A DNA stretch of 64,000 nucleotides, taken from contig CBDCTH010000012.1 of the NCBI GenBank assembly GCA_965222155.1, positions 192,001 to 256,000 of the forward strand, in the 5' to 3' direction. The notes beneath the pieces are model-generated. The model searched no databases and was not told the DNA's origin. It saw only the letters and a list, made by a program, of their open reading frames with translations. The translations under genes were made by a program, and so were the position numbers. Source of the stretch: Gammaproteobacteria bacterium. GTDB lineage: Bacteria; Pseudomonadota; Gammaproteobacteria; Eutrophobiales; Eutrophobiaceae. This document shows, piece by piece, positions 30,076 through 40,319 of the stretch; position 1 is the first letter of the stretch; each line of letters starts with the position of its first letter.

Positions 30076-31737
30076 CTAAACGAATTCCACCAGAACTTTT
30101 CCCTGCTGCGCCGCTGCGCGGGCCCGGCGCTCGCCCAGCTCAGCAAAGCGTTTATCGATCTCAGCGCGCTTGACTTTCATTGTCACGGTCAGCATACCGT
30201 TATCAATGTTCCAAGGCTCCCGATCAACAATCACCACGCCGATGCGCGCGTGTTTTTCAACCGAGTTGTTGATTTCAGTGACAGTCGCCTTAAGCGCCGT
30301 CGCTATTTCATCCGGAGATTTACCTTCTGCTTCCGACGCCAACACACAAACCATCACCGTCTTTGAAAAACCCCTCCCGATAAGGCATTGCTGTTGCGCC
30401 AGCGGATTTTTTGAAAAAGTTTGTTCAAGGGGCAGCGGCGCTACATATTTGCCATGGATAGTTTTGAAATAATCCTTAATCCGGCCGGTGATGTAATAGT
30501 AGCCGTTTTCGTCAACCCGCACTTTGTCACCGGTGTGCAGCCAGCCGTCGACAAAAGTCTCCGCTGTCTCTTCCGGCATTTTGTAATACCCTGGAGACAG
30601 GCCATTCATACGGACCAGCATTTCACCCGCTTCACTGATGCGGACTTCTACACCAGGCAGGGGCTTGCCCACTGAGCCCACAGGTGGTCGGCCATCCACG
30701 TTACCAAGCAGACCATTGGCTTCTGTCATGCCCATCATTTCCGTGATATGAATACCCAGGTTGTCATACCAATCCAACAACGCCGCCGAGATCGGCGCGC
30801 CACCACTGATTGCTGCGTCCAAATCCTCAAAACCCAGTATGCCGCGCGCTTTGAGGATGGCGCCTTCCCGATCCTCTAGCAGACCTTTCTCCAATGCCTC
30901 CTGACCCTCAAAGATGCCGATTACGATATGACTCAATATTTCCCAGACGCGGGGCACTGCCAAAAACAATGTCGGCCTGGCATCAGCCAGATCCCGAATC
31001 AGGGTATCCATCGATTCGCAAAACGTTACTTCCCCACATTTTAACAGGCTGGGCATCCAAACCAGGCAACGCTCACCGGCATGAGCGAGGGGCAGATAAG
31101 AGAGAAGGCGAGGGAAGTCGCGGCATTCAATCGCCTTGCCGAGACCGAGCAGTTTATTGACGGGTATCAGCATACTGTTATGGGTCTGCATAACGCCTTT
31201 CGGCAAACCCGTGGTGCCCGAAGTAAAGGTCAGGGCGATCAGTTCATCGGGCTTGCTCTGGTGAGCAGGCTTTTGCCCACGATACTCGTCTGACAGCGCT
31301 TCCCAGCTATACGACGCCGGTGCGCACTGTACCCCGGGGAAAGTGATAATTTCCACGTCTGCGGGAACGATTGCGCGAACCTTTTCCCAGTTGTCCGCCT
31401 CCCCCAGGAACAGGGCCTTGGTCTCTGTAAACGCCAACAGGTATTTGACAATGTCATCCTTTTGCGTGGTAAACAAGGGCACCGTACAGTTACCAGAGGC
31501 GTTGATGGCCGCATCGGCCAGTATCCAGTGGGCGCGGTTGCGAGACAAGAGCGCAATGTTATTGGCCTGGCCCTCAAAACGTTGTTCCAGCCACGTTCCG
31601 ACCGCGTGAACCTCTTCTGCTGCCTGGCGCCAGCTCCATTCGGTAAACTCATCACCCTTGCGATCACGCAACCAAACGCGATCTGGCTCTTCCTGAGCCC
31701 AATGAGTAAGATAGCCAGTGACCGTATTTATTGTCAT
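30076..31737 (-). CDS. Long-chain acyl-CoA synthetase (AMP-binding)
   Basis: FTSGTTGLPKG, SYLPLAH, GWLHTGD, ITGRIKD. Confidence 0.93.
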   Translation of the reverse strand: MTINTVTGYLTHWAQEEPDRVWLRDRKGDEFTEWSWRQAAEEVHAVGTWLEQRFEGQANNIALLSRNRAHWILADAAINASGNCTVPLFTTQKDDIVKYLLAFTETKALFLGEADNWEKVRAIVPADVEIITFPGVQCAPASYSWEALSDEYRGQKPAHQSKPDELIALTFTSGTTGLPKGVMQTHNSMLIPVNKLLGLGKAIECRDFPRLLSYLPLAHAGERCLVWMPSLLKCGEVTFCESMDTLIRDLADARPTLFLAVPRVWEILSHIVIGIFEGQEALEKGLLEDREGAILKARGILGFEDLDAAISGGAPISAALLDWYDNLGIHITEMMGMTEANGLLGNVDGRPPVGSVGKPLPGVEVRISEAGEMLVRMNGLSPGYYKMPEETAETFVDGWLHTGDKVRVDENGYYYITGRIKDYFKTIHGKYVAPLPLEQTFSKNPLAQQQCLIGRGFSKTVMVCVLASEAEGKSPDEIATALKATVTEINNSVEKHARIGVVIVDREPWNIDNGMLTVTMKVKRAEIDKRFAELGERRARAAAQQGKVLVEFV

Positions 31738-31759
31738 AATAATTTCCCGTTTTTTAACT

Positions 31760-31942
31760 TCACATAATAAGGTAGCGCATGATGTCGCAGGATTCGTGCA
31801 TGGCCTTGCCGTTGTGAACGATCGCGGGGACTTCGCCTTTGGGGTTGATGCGAAGATACTCTTCGGTTAACTGCTCACTCTTTAACAGATTGACCTCGTG
31901 CATTTCCGCTTCAATACCTTTTTCAGCAAGCAGCAACATGAT
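31760..31942 (-). pseudogene. Internal fragment of a GST paralog of 40320-41105
   Basis: IMLLLAEKGIEAEMHEVNLLKSEQLTEEYLRINPKGEVPAIVHNGKAMHESCDIMRYL versus ILLLLAEKRIDAEMHEVNLLKSEQLTEDYLRINPKAEVPAIIHNGKKVNESSEILKYL. Confidence 0.85.
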
Positions 31943-31948
31943 AAAGAA

Positions 31949-33190
31949 CTACATCCTCTCAATAATAATGGCCGGGGCCATGCCGCCACCGGTGCACATG
32001 GTAATTAGCGCGCGTCGCTCGTTGCGGCGTTCCAGTTCATCCAGTGCCGTGCCAATCAGCATCGCACCGGTGGCGCCAATCGGATGACCCAGAGCCATGG
32101 CCCCACCATTCACATTGACCTTGCCACGGTCAAGCTCCAGGTGACGGATAAACTTCTCGGCCACTACCGCAAAGGCTTCGTTGATCTCCCACAAATCGAT
32201 ATCGTCCACGGTAAGGTCCGCTTTCGTCAATACCTTTCTGGCGCCGTCGACCGGGGCGTCCAGAATCAGTGAAGGACAACCACCAACCACAGCCATAGCA
32301 ACTACTTTGGCGCGCGGCGTCCAGTCCTGGGCCTGGCTGTAATCAGGGGACGCCAGCAGGATGGCGGCGGAACCGTCCACCACACCCGAGGACGTGCCCA
32401 CATGGTGAACAGGCTGGATATCCATATCCGGGTACACTTTCAGCAGATGGCTTTTGAAGGTGTGATCCGGTTGATCCGGGATCGGCATATTGGCCACCTG
32501 GGCAAAGGCCGGCTCCAGCTCGGCAAACCGCTCCAGGGTGCTGTCGGGACGCGGATACTCTTCATGGTCCAACGCCACGCTACCATCGTTGTGATAGACA
32601 GTCACCATACTCTTATCGAAATAGCCGTTTTTAATCGCGTTATCGGCCCGTTGCTGACTCAAAACACCCAGCTTTTCCAGGTCTCCACGACCGATGCCTT
32701 CTTTGGCTGCAATCGCATCCGCCGCCACACCCTGGTGGGTCATGGGATACAGGGCTCGCAGGTGCAGGTTGCCCATATCGTGCAATGCAGAGGGCGCGAC
32801 CTTGTAGAACGACGGATACAACGACATCAGTTCAGTACCGCCACTGATTACCAGATCTTCCATACCCGACATAATCTTGGCTGCGGCGATATTGGTCGCC
32901 GTAATGCTGGAACCGCAAAAGCGTTCCACCATCGTGGCAGCAGACATAATATCGTAACCCGCATCCAGTGCGCTCATGCGACCCAAATTGTTGGACTGGG
33001 TACCCGTCTGGGCCGCACAACCCCAGACGATATCATCCACTTCCGCCGTATTCAGGTCATTGCGATCGGCCAGCGCTTTCAGCACGGCGGCGCCCAGTCG
33101 ATGCGGGTGCAGGTCTGCAAGAGAACCCTTGCCCTGCTTGCCAATACCGCGAGGGGTACGACAAGCATCAATAATCCAGGCTTCTGACAT
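31949..33190 (-). CDS. Acetyl-CoA C-acyltransferase (thiolase)
   Basis: ERFCGSS, NEAFA, GHPIGATG, MCTGGG. Confidence 0.95.
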   Translation of the reverse strand: MSEAWIIDACRTPRGIGKQGKGSLADLHPHRLGAAVLKALADRNDLNTAEVDDIVWGCAAQTGTQSNNLGRMSALDAGYDIMSAATMVERFCGSSITATNIAAAKIMSGMEDLVISGGTELMSLYPSFYKVAPSALHDMGNLHLRALYPMTHQGVAADAIAAKEGIGRGDLEKLGVLSQQRADNAIKNGYFDKSMVTVYHNDGSVALDHEEYPRPDSTLERFAELEPAFAQVANMPIPDQPDHTFKSHLLKVYPDMDIQPVHHVGTSSGVVDGSAAILLASPDYSQAQDWTPRAKVVAMAVVGGCPSLILDAPVDGARKVLTKADLTVDDIDLWEINEAFAVVAEKFIRHLELDRGKVNVNGGAMALGHPIGATGAMLIGTALDELERRNERRALITMCTGGGMAPAIIIERM

Positions 33191-33226
33191 TTACTTCTCT
33201 AACTCATCGCGTATTGCCAAGGGAGC

Positions 33227-34432
33227 TTAGGCTATCGCGCCACAGCTGCGCAATTTCTCTACCTCTTCCAAGGTATAACCCAGTTCGTTCAGTATGGCTT
33301 CACTATGTTCGCCAGGGACTGGACCGCCAGTGCGAATCTCACCCGGAGTATCTGACAGTTTGACCGGTATGCCGATCTGTTTAATTGACCCAACCCGCTC
33401 GTCATAAAACTCAATCACCATATCCCGTGCGAGAATTTGTGCATCCCGGGTAGCCTCTTGCAGTGAATTAAGCGCGGACACACACACGTTCTTATCGCTG
33501 AAAAACCCGATCCATTCATCACGCGTTTTTTGTAAAAGTGCAGCCGCAATTTCTTTCCTCGCCTGCTGCTCTTCTTCATTGGGCATTCGATAGCGGTGGG
33601 AACTTGAGACAGTCAGTTCAGATAAATGATCCAAGTCGAGCGCTTTGCAAAAATTGACGTATAACCAGGGCTCGGCACAGGCGACTGAGAGATATTTGCC
33701 GTCGGCCGTTTCATAGACGGCATAGTAATGATAGGCGCCACCCGCAGGGCCGCCACCTTTGGGGATGTGTTTCCCGGTGTGAAAGAAGTCACGGACATTG
33801 TGGGTAGCGCTTAACAACGAGAACGAAGCATCGAGGTAAGACACGTCGACAAATTGTCCCTTGCCGGTGATATGGCGGGCATTCAGCGCCAACAGGATGC
33901 CCAATAGCGAATGCATGGTGCCGCCCGCATAATCAGCCACCAGATTGAGAGGCAACACCGGTGGACCATCGGCCTCACCAATCAGCCCCAAGGCGCCCGA
34001 CTGCGCCAGGTAGTTCAGATCGTGACCCGGCCAGTCCCGTTGCGGGCCGTCCTGACCAAAACCGGTCGCCGCGCAATAAATCAACCGCTTATTTCGGGCT
34101 TTCAGCGCCTCATAGCCAAAACCCAGGCGCTCCATTACGCCCGGGCGGAAACCATCGACTAGCACATCAGCGGTATCCAGCAATTTTTGTAACACAATCT
34201 TGCCGGCGGGGTGTTTGAGGTCTAAGGCTATACTGCGCTTGTTGCGCTCATAGGGGCAAAATCTTGCTGTTTTCAGAGCCTGTTCCATGTCTGCCTCGGC
34301 CGGGGCCTCCTTAACGGAATGCACCTTGATCACTTCAGCGCCATAGTCAGCCAAGATGCGGGTGCCAAACGCGTTGGGTGATGTTCTCGCCGCTTCAATG
34401 ACTTTTATAGCTTGTAAGGCGCGCACGGTCAA
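33227..34432 (-). CDS. CaiB/BaiF family III CoA-transferase (methylacyl-CoA racemase-like)
   Basis: LADYGAEVIKV, RNKRSIALDLK, GHDLNYLA, ADYAGG. Confidence 0.92.
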   Translation of the reverse strand: MTVRALQAIKVIEAARTSPNAFGTRILADYGAEVIKVHSVKEAPAEADMEQALKTARFCPYERNKRSIALDLKHPAGKIVLQKLLDTADVLVDGFRPGVMERLGFGYEALKARNKRLIYCAATGFGQDGPQRDWPGHDLNYLAQSGALGLIGEADGPPVLPLNLVADYAGGTMHSLLGILLALNARHITGKGQFVDVSYLDASFSLLSATHNVRDFFHTGKHIPKGGGPAGGAYHYYAVYETADGKYLSVACAEPWLYVNFCKALDLDHLSELTVSSSHRYRMPNEEEQQARKEIAAALLQKTRDEWIGFFSDKNVCVSALNSLQEATRDAQILARDMVIEFYDERVGSIKQIGIPVKLSDTPGEIRTGGPVPGEHSEAILNELGYTLEEVEKLRSCGAIA

Positions 34433-35505
34433 CCCGCCGCGCGAATAATGGCATGCATCAGTTTGTCGGCCTCTTGAATATATTTATCGACCATCCTGAC
34501 GTAGCCCTTCATAGCGCCGGATTGAGCTCCCTCCCCGTAACCACCTTTAGCGTAAATCGCCACGCCTTGAATAATCACGCAGGCCATACGCCAGTACTGG
34601 AAGGCCAGATAGTATTTGACGTCGGAGAGATCGCGTCCTGATTTCTCCGCGTAGCGTTCTAACAGGTAGCTATGATTGGGGAAGCCGGGAGCCTGTGAAG
34701 GACCAGGCCGGGTTGGGAATTCTTCTTCGGGGTGGGGCCAGAAGCTGATAATGTAACTGATGTCCGACAGGGGATCGCCGAGCGTACAGACTTCCCAATC
34801 CAGTACCGCGATAATATCACCTGCGGGGTCGACCATCACGTTTTCCAGCCGGTAATCACCATGTACGAAGACCGCGCTCCGCTGTGGCGGAATACGGGCT
34901 TCCAGTTGCCCTTGCAGTTCCATTATTCGGTGGTACTGCTCAACGCCATTCACCCGAGCAACCGCTTTCGTCCAGCGATTAATCTGGCGGGCAACAAAAT
35001 CTTCTTTCCTGCTCAAATCACCCAGGCCGACCGAGTCCGGATCAAGCGCCTGCAGTTCCACCAGGGTATCAACCAGTTGGTTGGCGGCATTGATGCGACC
35101 CGCCTCATCGAGGGCCTGCTCTGCATCTGCAGCGGTATTGAGAACCTTGCCGATAACAAAATACATCACATAAAAATCGGCGCCGGTTACCGCGTGGTCG
35201 GTGCACAAACCGGCCATACGCGGCACTGGCACCGGGGTATTTTCCAACGCTTTATAAATACGATACTCGCGCTGCACGTCGTGCGCTGAAGGCGTCAGTT
35301 TACCGGTTGGGGGACGCCGGAAAATAAAATTATTGCCTGCCGCATCAGTGACCTTATAGGTCAGGTTCGACAGGCCACCCGTAATCGCATCAAAACTCAG
35401 CGGTGGCTTTACGCCGGGGATATTCTCCTCAAACCATTTTGTAACCGACCGTGCATCAACGCCTAATATTTCCTGCTCAGCCGCGCCGTCCTGATTTGAA
35501 CTCAT
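34429..35505 (-). CDS. APH/ACAD10-like phosphotransferase
   Basis: GGLSNLTY, SAHDVQRE, HGDYRLENV, DWEVCTLGDP. Confidence 0.9.
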   Translation of the reverse strand: MSSNQDGAAEQEILGVDARSVTKWFEENIPGVKPPLSFDAITGGLSNLTYKVTDAAGNNFIFRRPPTGKLTPSAHDVQREYRIYKALENTPVPVPRMAGLCTDHAVTGADFYVMYFVIGKVLNTAADAEQALDEAGRINAANQLVDTLVELQALDPDSVGLGDLSRKEDFVARQINRWTKAVARVNGVEQYHRIMELQGQLEARIPPQRSAVFVHGDYRLENVMVDPAGDIIAVLDWEVCTLGDPLSDISYIISFWPHPEEEFPTRPGPSQAPGFPNHSYLLERYAEKSGRDLSDVKYYLAFQYWRMACVIIQGVAIYAKGGYGEGAQSGAMKGYVRMVDKYIQEADKLMHAIIRAAG

Positions 35506-35520
35506 AGTCGGTTTTCCCTG

Positions 35521-36468
35521 TTAACAGTCGAACTGAACCCCGTGTTCGTCCGCGCCCACACCGGTTTCTCCTGTTTCTTCCCAGAAAAAATCCGATATGT
35601 TTTCAAACAGCATCAACTGCTGGCCTTTGCCATTCAAAGACAGCTCCGGGTCAGGCCAGGGGACATTAACCGCTGAGAAGCATCTGGCTGAGATGGTGTA
35701 GGTTTTCCCATTCCGATCGGTAAGACTATATTTGCTCGCAATCGGGCCATCGTTTTCATCCTTCTCGATATACACCGTTTCCATACTCCTGATGCGCACA
35801 ATACCTTCCGGTCCTGTCACATAACCCACCGTCAGGTTGCGATCATCCAGACGCATCCGGCTGACATGCACCAGTGAATCGGGGAAATGCGCCCAGATCC
35901 AGTTCCAGCCATCAAGTTGTGTATCTTCCCGATAACCCCAGGAGTGGTCGCGGTAGCCCAGACCTTTGATAATTCTGGTTTCTCCGCCTTTGACGAAGGT
36001 TCCGTTGACATGCAACGCCTGCTCGTAGTGGCGAATATTCATCGACTTGTTAGTGCCCGTTGGCGTTTTATCCTTGCGCTGCGCGGCATAGTCATAGGCA
36101 TCAAAGCGATTCGTGAAGGTAATATCTGCTGCGTAGCCGTCGCCCTTGTCGGTTATCCGTATTTCTTCGAAGGGTTTGACAAAATCCACCTTGATTCGAC
36201 CATGTTCAAGCTCGGTAAAGTTTTCATCAATATCGAGATAAACCTGGTTATAGTATTTTTCGCCACCCACTTTGTGGAAATTTGAGAAGCGTGCGCGTTT
36301 TTTATTTCGTTCCAGCGAGATATGGAATATTACAATAACATCATTTTCCCGGTCGATGCCGATAAAACCCCAGTTCTCCTTCCAGGGGGTAGGGTCTTCG
36401 CGCGGATAGTCCACGTGGACACGTTCATCATTGGGGTCCAAGCCAGAGTGTCTGATTTCAGTGGTCAT
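35521..36468 (-). CDS. Hypothetical beta-rich protein (WKENW / GYRDHSWG motifs)
   Basis: 315-aa ORF in the operon; the RDHSWG motif recalls tocopherol-cyclase/AttH-like folds (inference). Confidence 0.75.
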   Translation of the reverse strand: MTTEIRHSGLDPNDERVHVDYPREDPTPWKENWGFIGIDRENDVIVIFHISLERNKKRARFSNFHKVGGEKYYNQVYLDIDENFTELEHGRIKVDFVKPFEEIRITDKGDGYAADITFTNRFDAYDYAAQRKDKTPTGTNKSMNIRHYEQALHVNGTFVKGGETRIIKGLGYRDHSWGYREDTQLDGWNWIWAHFPDSLVHVSRMRLDDRNLTVGYVTGPEGIVRIRSMETVYIEKDENDGPIASKYSLTDRNGKTYTISARCFSAVNVPWPDPELSLNGKGQQLMLFENISDFFWEETGETGVGADEHGVQFDC

Positions 36469-36576
36469 AGGGGTATAATTATCCTGTAGTGTCCTGGGAC
36501 TTTCTAAAATAGCGGGTTATCGAGCACCCGAACCGGTTTTTAAAACGTGTGCGACGAAATCGACAGTTTCTTCTTT

Positions 36577-39192
36577 TTAGAAGTTATATTTGGCAGTCAC
36601 ACCGTAAGTTCTGGGAGGCTCAACAGCACGGAGTAGTGTAAATCCCGGGCCGACAAGGGGTTGGCCAATCCCACCTGTGAAACCTTTTTCATTGCTCAGG
36701 TTTTTCCCCCACGCCTCCAAAACCCATGTGCCTGTCTGCGAACCAATGCCCAAGGTAAGGTTAAGCTGTTTTGTATTATTTTTTCCGGACTGATCGTTGC
36801 TGACATCGGTGAATGCACTCGAACGATAAACGCCATTAAGGTTGGCGGTAATTTCCAGGGTGTCGCCAATTGGCTGCCTGAAGCCAACCAACACAGTTGA
36901 ACTGAAATTCGGCGCATTCCTCACATCCTCGCCGGCCATATCCACCTGACCGTTGACCAGGCCGGCGAGTCTTGCTTGTGTATTGGCGGCTCCATCAGGG
37001 AATGTATCGTAGCTCACATCCTGTACCGCGATACCGGCGCCGATCAGCCAATGATCACTCGGCCTATAAGTAAGATCCAGCTCCAGTCCCTTGGCTTCCA
37101 CCTCTGCCGCGTTTCTGATGACCAGCGCAGTACCGGTAAAGAACTGGAACTGGAAGTCCTCCAGCGTCTGGTAGAACAACGAAGCGTTCAGGCTCAGGCT
37201 GTTGTCCAGCAGGACGGACTTGATTCCCACTTCAAAAGCATCGACGGTTTCCGGGTCGAACTGCACAGCATCGGGGTTGCCCAGGTTAATCCCGGGTCTT
37301 GCACCAGCCGCCGCACGGTCAAGGTTCAGACCGCCGCCCTTGTAGCCCCGGGTATAGCGCGCGTAAACGCTGACGTCGTCGTTGACGTTGTAATTGACAC
37401 TGGCCGTACCGGAGATATTATCGTCATCATAGTCAGCCGAAAATGGTGCAAAAGGAACAAAGAACTGTAGCCCCTGGAAACCCGGAATCAATGCAGCCTG
37501 GAGTGCCGCTGTAACAGCAGCGCCGGTAGGAGTCGCAATAAATGCATCCATCGTTGCATTGTTTACCGCCGCGCCCGCCGCCGGATCCAAAGCTAAGCCA
37601 ACACCAGGAATAGGGGACGCCAGTGCCCCTCTAAGCAACTCGTTTCCATCAAGCTCTGCATATGGGTTGTGCATATCAGAGATATAATCCGCCTCCTTTT
37701 GTTCATTGGAATAGCGCAGCCCCAGGCTGACACTCAGAGCTTCCGTCGCATGCCAGGTAGCCTGACCAAAGAATGCGAAACTTTCAGTTTCATTGTTCGC
37801 GCCGGCTGAGTAAGTGGTGCCAGGACCATAATAAAAATTGCCGATACGATCAGGGGTGATTCCATCGGCGCCCAAAGCCAGTTGTCCCAGCTCAAAAGCA
37901 GCAAGAAGATCCGGTGCGAGAGCATCCAATAAGGGACGAAAGTCAGCGCCAATGGGTGCAGGTGAATCGTACGCCAGATCTGAATAATAGAGATAGGTTC
38001 CGACCGTCCAATCTAATGCCCCAGCGCCAGTAGAGTCCAGACGAATTTCCAGAGTTGCCTCATCCTGGTCATAGAATTGATCACGATGCTTGATCAGAGA
38101 GGTCGGGAGGAAATCCGCGTCCGCCGACTGGAAGTTCTTGAAATTGCGGTAAGAGCCAATCACAGTGAGGGCTGTTGCGTCGAAATCCCAGTTCAGCTCT
38201 GCCGAGATACCTTCGTCTTCGGTTTCGTCGGCCGCCAGATTCGGTGTGTTGATCAGACGTTTGCCAATATCGACTAACTCAGGATTCGCCAGGCCGGGAA
38301 CCTGAATTGGACGTGAGGGCAAGGGAAATTGTGTCTCTACGGGGAAAAATGCATCGAAAAACGCCTGGTTATCCCCTTTAACCAAGACGGTGCCCGGACA
38401 GCAGACTTCCTTAATTTCAGATCTGTCCACGATCATGCGTAGCGAGGCATCCGCGTTAATATCCCAGAGCAACTGACCGCGAACATTCCAGCGATCGCGG
38501 TCATAGGGTTCCTGACCGTTAATGATGTTATTGGCGAAGCCGTCCCGCTCATGCCAGGAGCCTGCCAGGCTAAAGGCCAGCGTATCCTCAACCAGCGCGC
38601 CTGTTACCGAAGCGCGCACCTGTCGCATATCGAAGTTGCCATAGGTAGCCTCCAGGTTACCACCGGTTTCATAGGATGGCTTGGCTGTGCGCACATTGAG
38701 TACGCCGGCAGCGGTGTTGCGACCAAACAGAGTACCTTGAGGGCCTTTCAGGATTTCGATACTCTCCAGGTCAACATAGTCAGATACCGCTGAACCCGCA
38801 CGCCCACGATAGACGCCGTCGATAAAAATACCCACGGACTGTTCAAAACTGGGATTGTTGCCGGAAGTACCAATACCACGTATGGTAAGTTCGGTTTCAA
38901 CCGAACCGTTACCGTCGGTGACCGTGACCGACGGCGATAACTGAATCAAGTCGCCCATATCCCGAACTTTGGCCTGATCCAGTGTTTCGCCGCTATAAAC
39001 CGAAACTGATAAAGGCACATCCAGAATGGACTGCTCACGTTTTTGCGCGTAGACAACCACCTCTTCAATCACTGCAGCCCCTGCGCTTGTTGCCACCAGG
39101 ACCGTAGCCAGCAGAGCGATGGCGCCCGCCAGCAACCCGGGTCGTCGTGCTCCGATCGCAAAATGACCTCTGTTATCATTTGATTTCAACAC
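36577..39192 (-). CDS. TonB-dependent outer-membrane receptor
   Basis: IEEVVVYAQKREQ, ILKGPQGTLFGRNTAAG, C-terminal YNF; GTG at 39192 after GGAGG preferred over the ORF-track start. Confidence 0.95.
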   Translation of the reverse strand: MLKSNDNRGHFAIGARRPGLLAGAIALLATVLVATSAGAAVIEEVVVYAQKREQSILDVPLSVSVYSGETLDQAKVRDMGDLIQLSPSVTVTDGNGSVETELTIRGIGTSGNNPSFEQSVGIFIDGVYRGRAGSAVSDYVDLESIEILKGPQGTLFGRNTAAGVLNVRTAKPSYETGGNLEATYGNFDMRQVRASVTGALVEDTLAFSLAGSWHERDGFANNIINGQEPYDRDRWNVRGQLLWDINADASLRMIVDRSEIKEVCCPGTVLVKGDNQAFFDAFFPVETQFPLPSRPIQVPGLANPELVDIGKRLINTPNLAADETEDEGISAELNWDFDATALTVIGSYRNFKNFQSADADFLPTSLIKHRDQFYDQDEATLEIRLDSTGAGALDWTVGTYLYYSDLAYDSPAPIGADFRPLLDALAPDLLAAFELGQLALGADGITPDRIGNFYYGPGTTYSAGANNETESFAFFGQATWHATEALSVSLGLRYSNEQKEADYISDMHNPYAELDGNELLRGALASPIPGVGLALDPAAGAAVNNATMDAFIATPTGAAVTAALQAALIPGFQGLQFFVPFAPFSADYDDDNISGTASVNYNVNDDVSVYARYTRGYKGGGLNLDRAAAGARPGINLGNPDAVQFDPETVDAFEVGIKSVLLDNSLSLNASLFYQTLEDFQFQFFTGTALVIRNAAEVEAKGLELDLTYRPSDHWLIGAGIAVQDVSYDTFPDGAANTQARLAGLVNGQVDMAGEDVRNAPNFSSTVLVGFRQPIGDTLEITANLNGVYRSSAFTDVSNDQSGKNNTKQLNLTLGIGSQTGTWVLEAWGKNLSNEKGFTGGIGQPLVGPGFTLLRAVEPPRTYGVTAKYNF

Positions 39193-39236
39193 AATCACCT
39201 CCTCACAAGGGGTTATAATTGTTACTATCCAATGAT

Positions 39237-39264
39237 ATTTTAGATGGGGGGGGGGGGGTGTCCA
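39237..39264 (-). promoter_or_regulatory. Sigma70-like promoter with a C13 tract in the spacer
   Basis: Minus strand: TGGACA - C13 ATC (16 bp) - TAAAAT, 45 bp upstream of the receptor start. Confidence 0.55.
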
Positions 39265-39487
39265 TGACAAAAATACTGGTGAAAATGTACCAAAAATTAC
39301 CAAACCTGATTTTTAATGCAAGTGATAAAATCCGGCGCGGTTTTGTACCTGAAATAGACGGCGTGAATTTGGCGACACCAGGCAATGCCGGATCCCCAAA
39401 GTGTTATTAAGGAAAAAGCTTGACTAATAGACCCTGAACAACTCCAAAATCCACTCTAACTTATTGATTATACCTATGTAACCTGTC

Positions 39488-39660
39488 CAGCAGTTCCCGC
39501 TAACTCCCGCGATCGAGGGCATTCTGCCCTCGTGGAGGGCGAGATGCCCTCCCTCCCAGGGAAATATGCCCCTTTATGGTCAGAGGAACTTGGGGGACAG
39601 GGCAAGATCATACTTTTTGTCATAAGCAGGGGGTTTTTATTCCAAAGAGATATATATAAG
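39488..39660. mobile_element. Partial MITE A interrupted by a truncated ISAs1-like MITE C
   Basis: CAGCAGTTCCCGCTAA start; switches at 39598 to CAGGGCAAGATCATACT..., similar to 57073-57364. Confidence 0.75.
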
Positions 39661-39727
39661 CAAGGAACTTAAGGATGTTGTGGGGATCATAGCAGTATCC
39701 ACCCCAACTTGAGGAGAAGCCGATGAG

Positions 39728-40312
39728 GTGGCTGGCGCATCGGGCAACATTGGCATGCTGGTCTGTCAGATGGCGAAGATGTCCGGCCTGGAAGTGATTG
39801 GTATCGCCGGGGGTGAAATGAAGTGCAACTGGCTGATGGATAATCTTGACATTGATGCGGTAATTGATTACAAGTCCGATGATGATGAGAAGCGCATGGC
39901 TGAGCTGTGTCCCGATGGCATGGATATCTTCTTCGATAATGTGGGTGGTGAAGTTCTGAACGCGGCCATGGCGAATATGGCTAAAGGTTGCCGGGTGGTT
40001 GTCTGTGGTGAAACCTCACAGATGGAGCTGGAAGGGGCGAAGTTGAAGAAGGACGTGCCCAGCACCCTCTCTCAAGAAGGCCCCAGCAACTACTTTAATC
40101 TGGTGTATGCGGAAGCCGAAATGCGTGGCCTGTATGTTATGAAATATGCGAGTCAATTCCCTCAGGTGATGAAATGGCTGGCCGGGAAGTATACTTTGGG
40201 CGAGTTTATTTATAAGGAAGATAGAGCTTTTGAAGGTCTTGAGAATGTGCCTAAAATGATGATGCGCATGATGGCCGGGGAGAATTTTGGCAGTAGTGTC
40301 TTCCAGTTATAA
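39728..40312 (+). pseudogene. 5'-truncated NADP-dependent oxidoreductase (paralog of 27637-28695)
   Basis: Begins at VAGASGNIGMLVCQ; lacks roughly the N-terminal 155 aa. Confidence 0.75.
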
Positions 40313-40319
40313 ATAGCGT

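Noticed and set aside
39193-39303. N-terminal extension of the TonB receptor through the poly-G tract (frameshift phase variation)
   Set aside because: The RBS and signal peptide point to a start at 39192, so the tract is upstream and not in the CDS.
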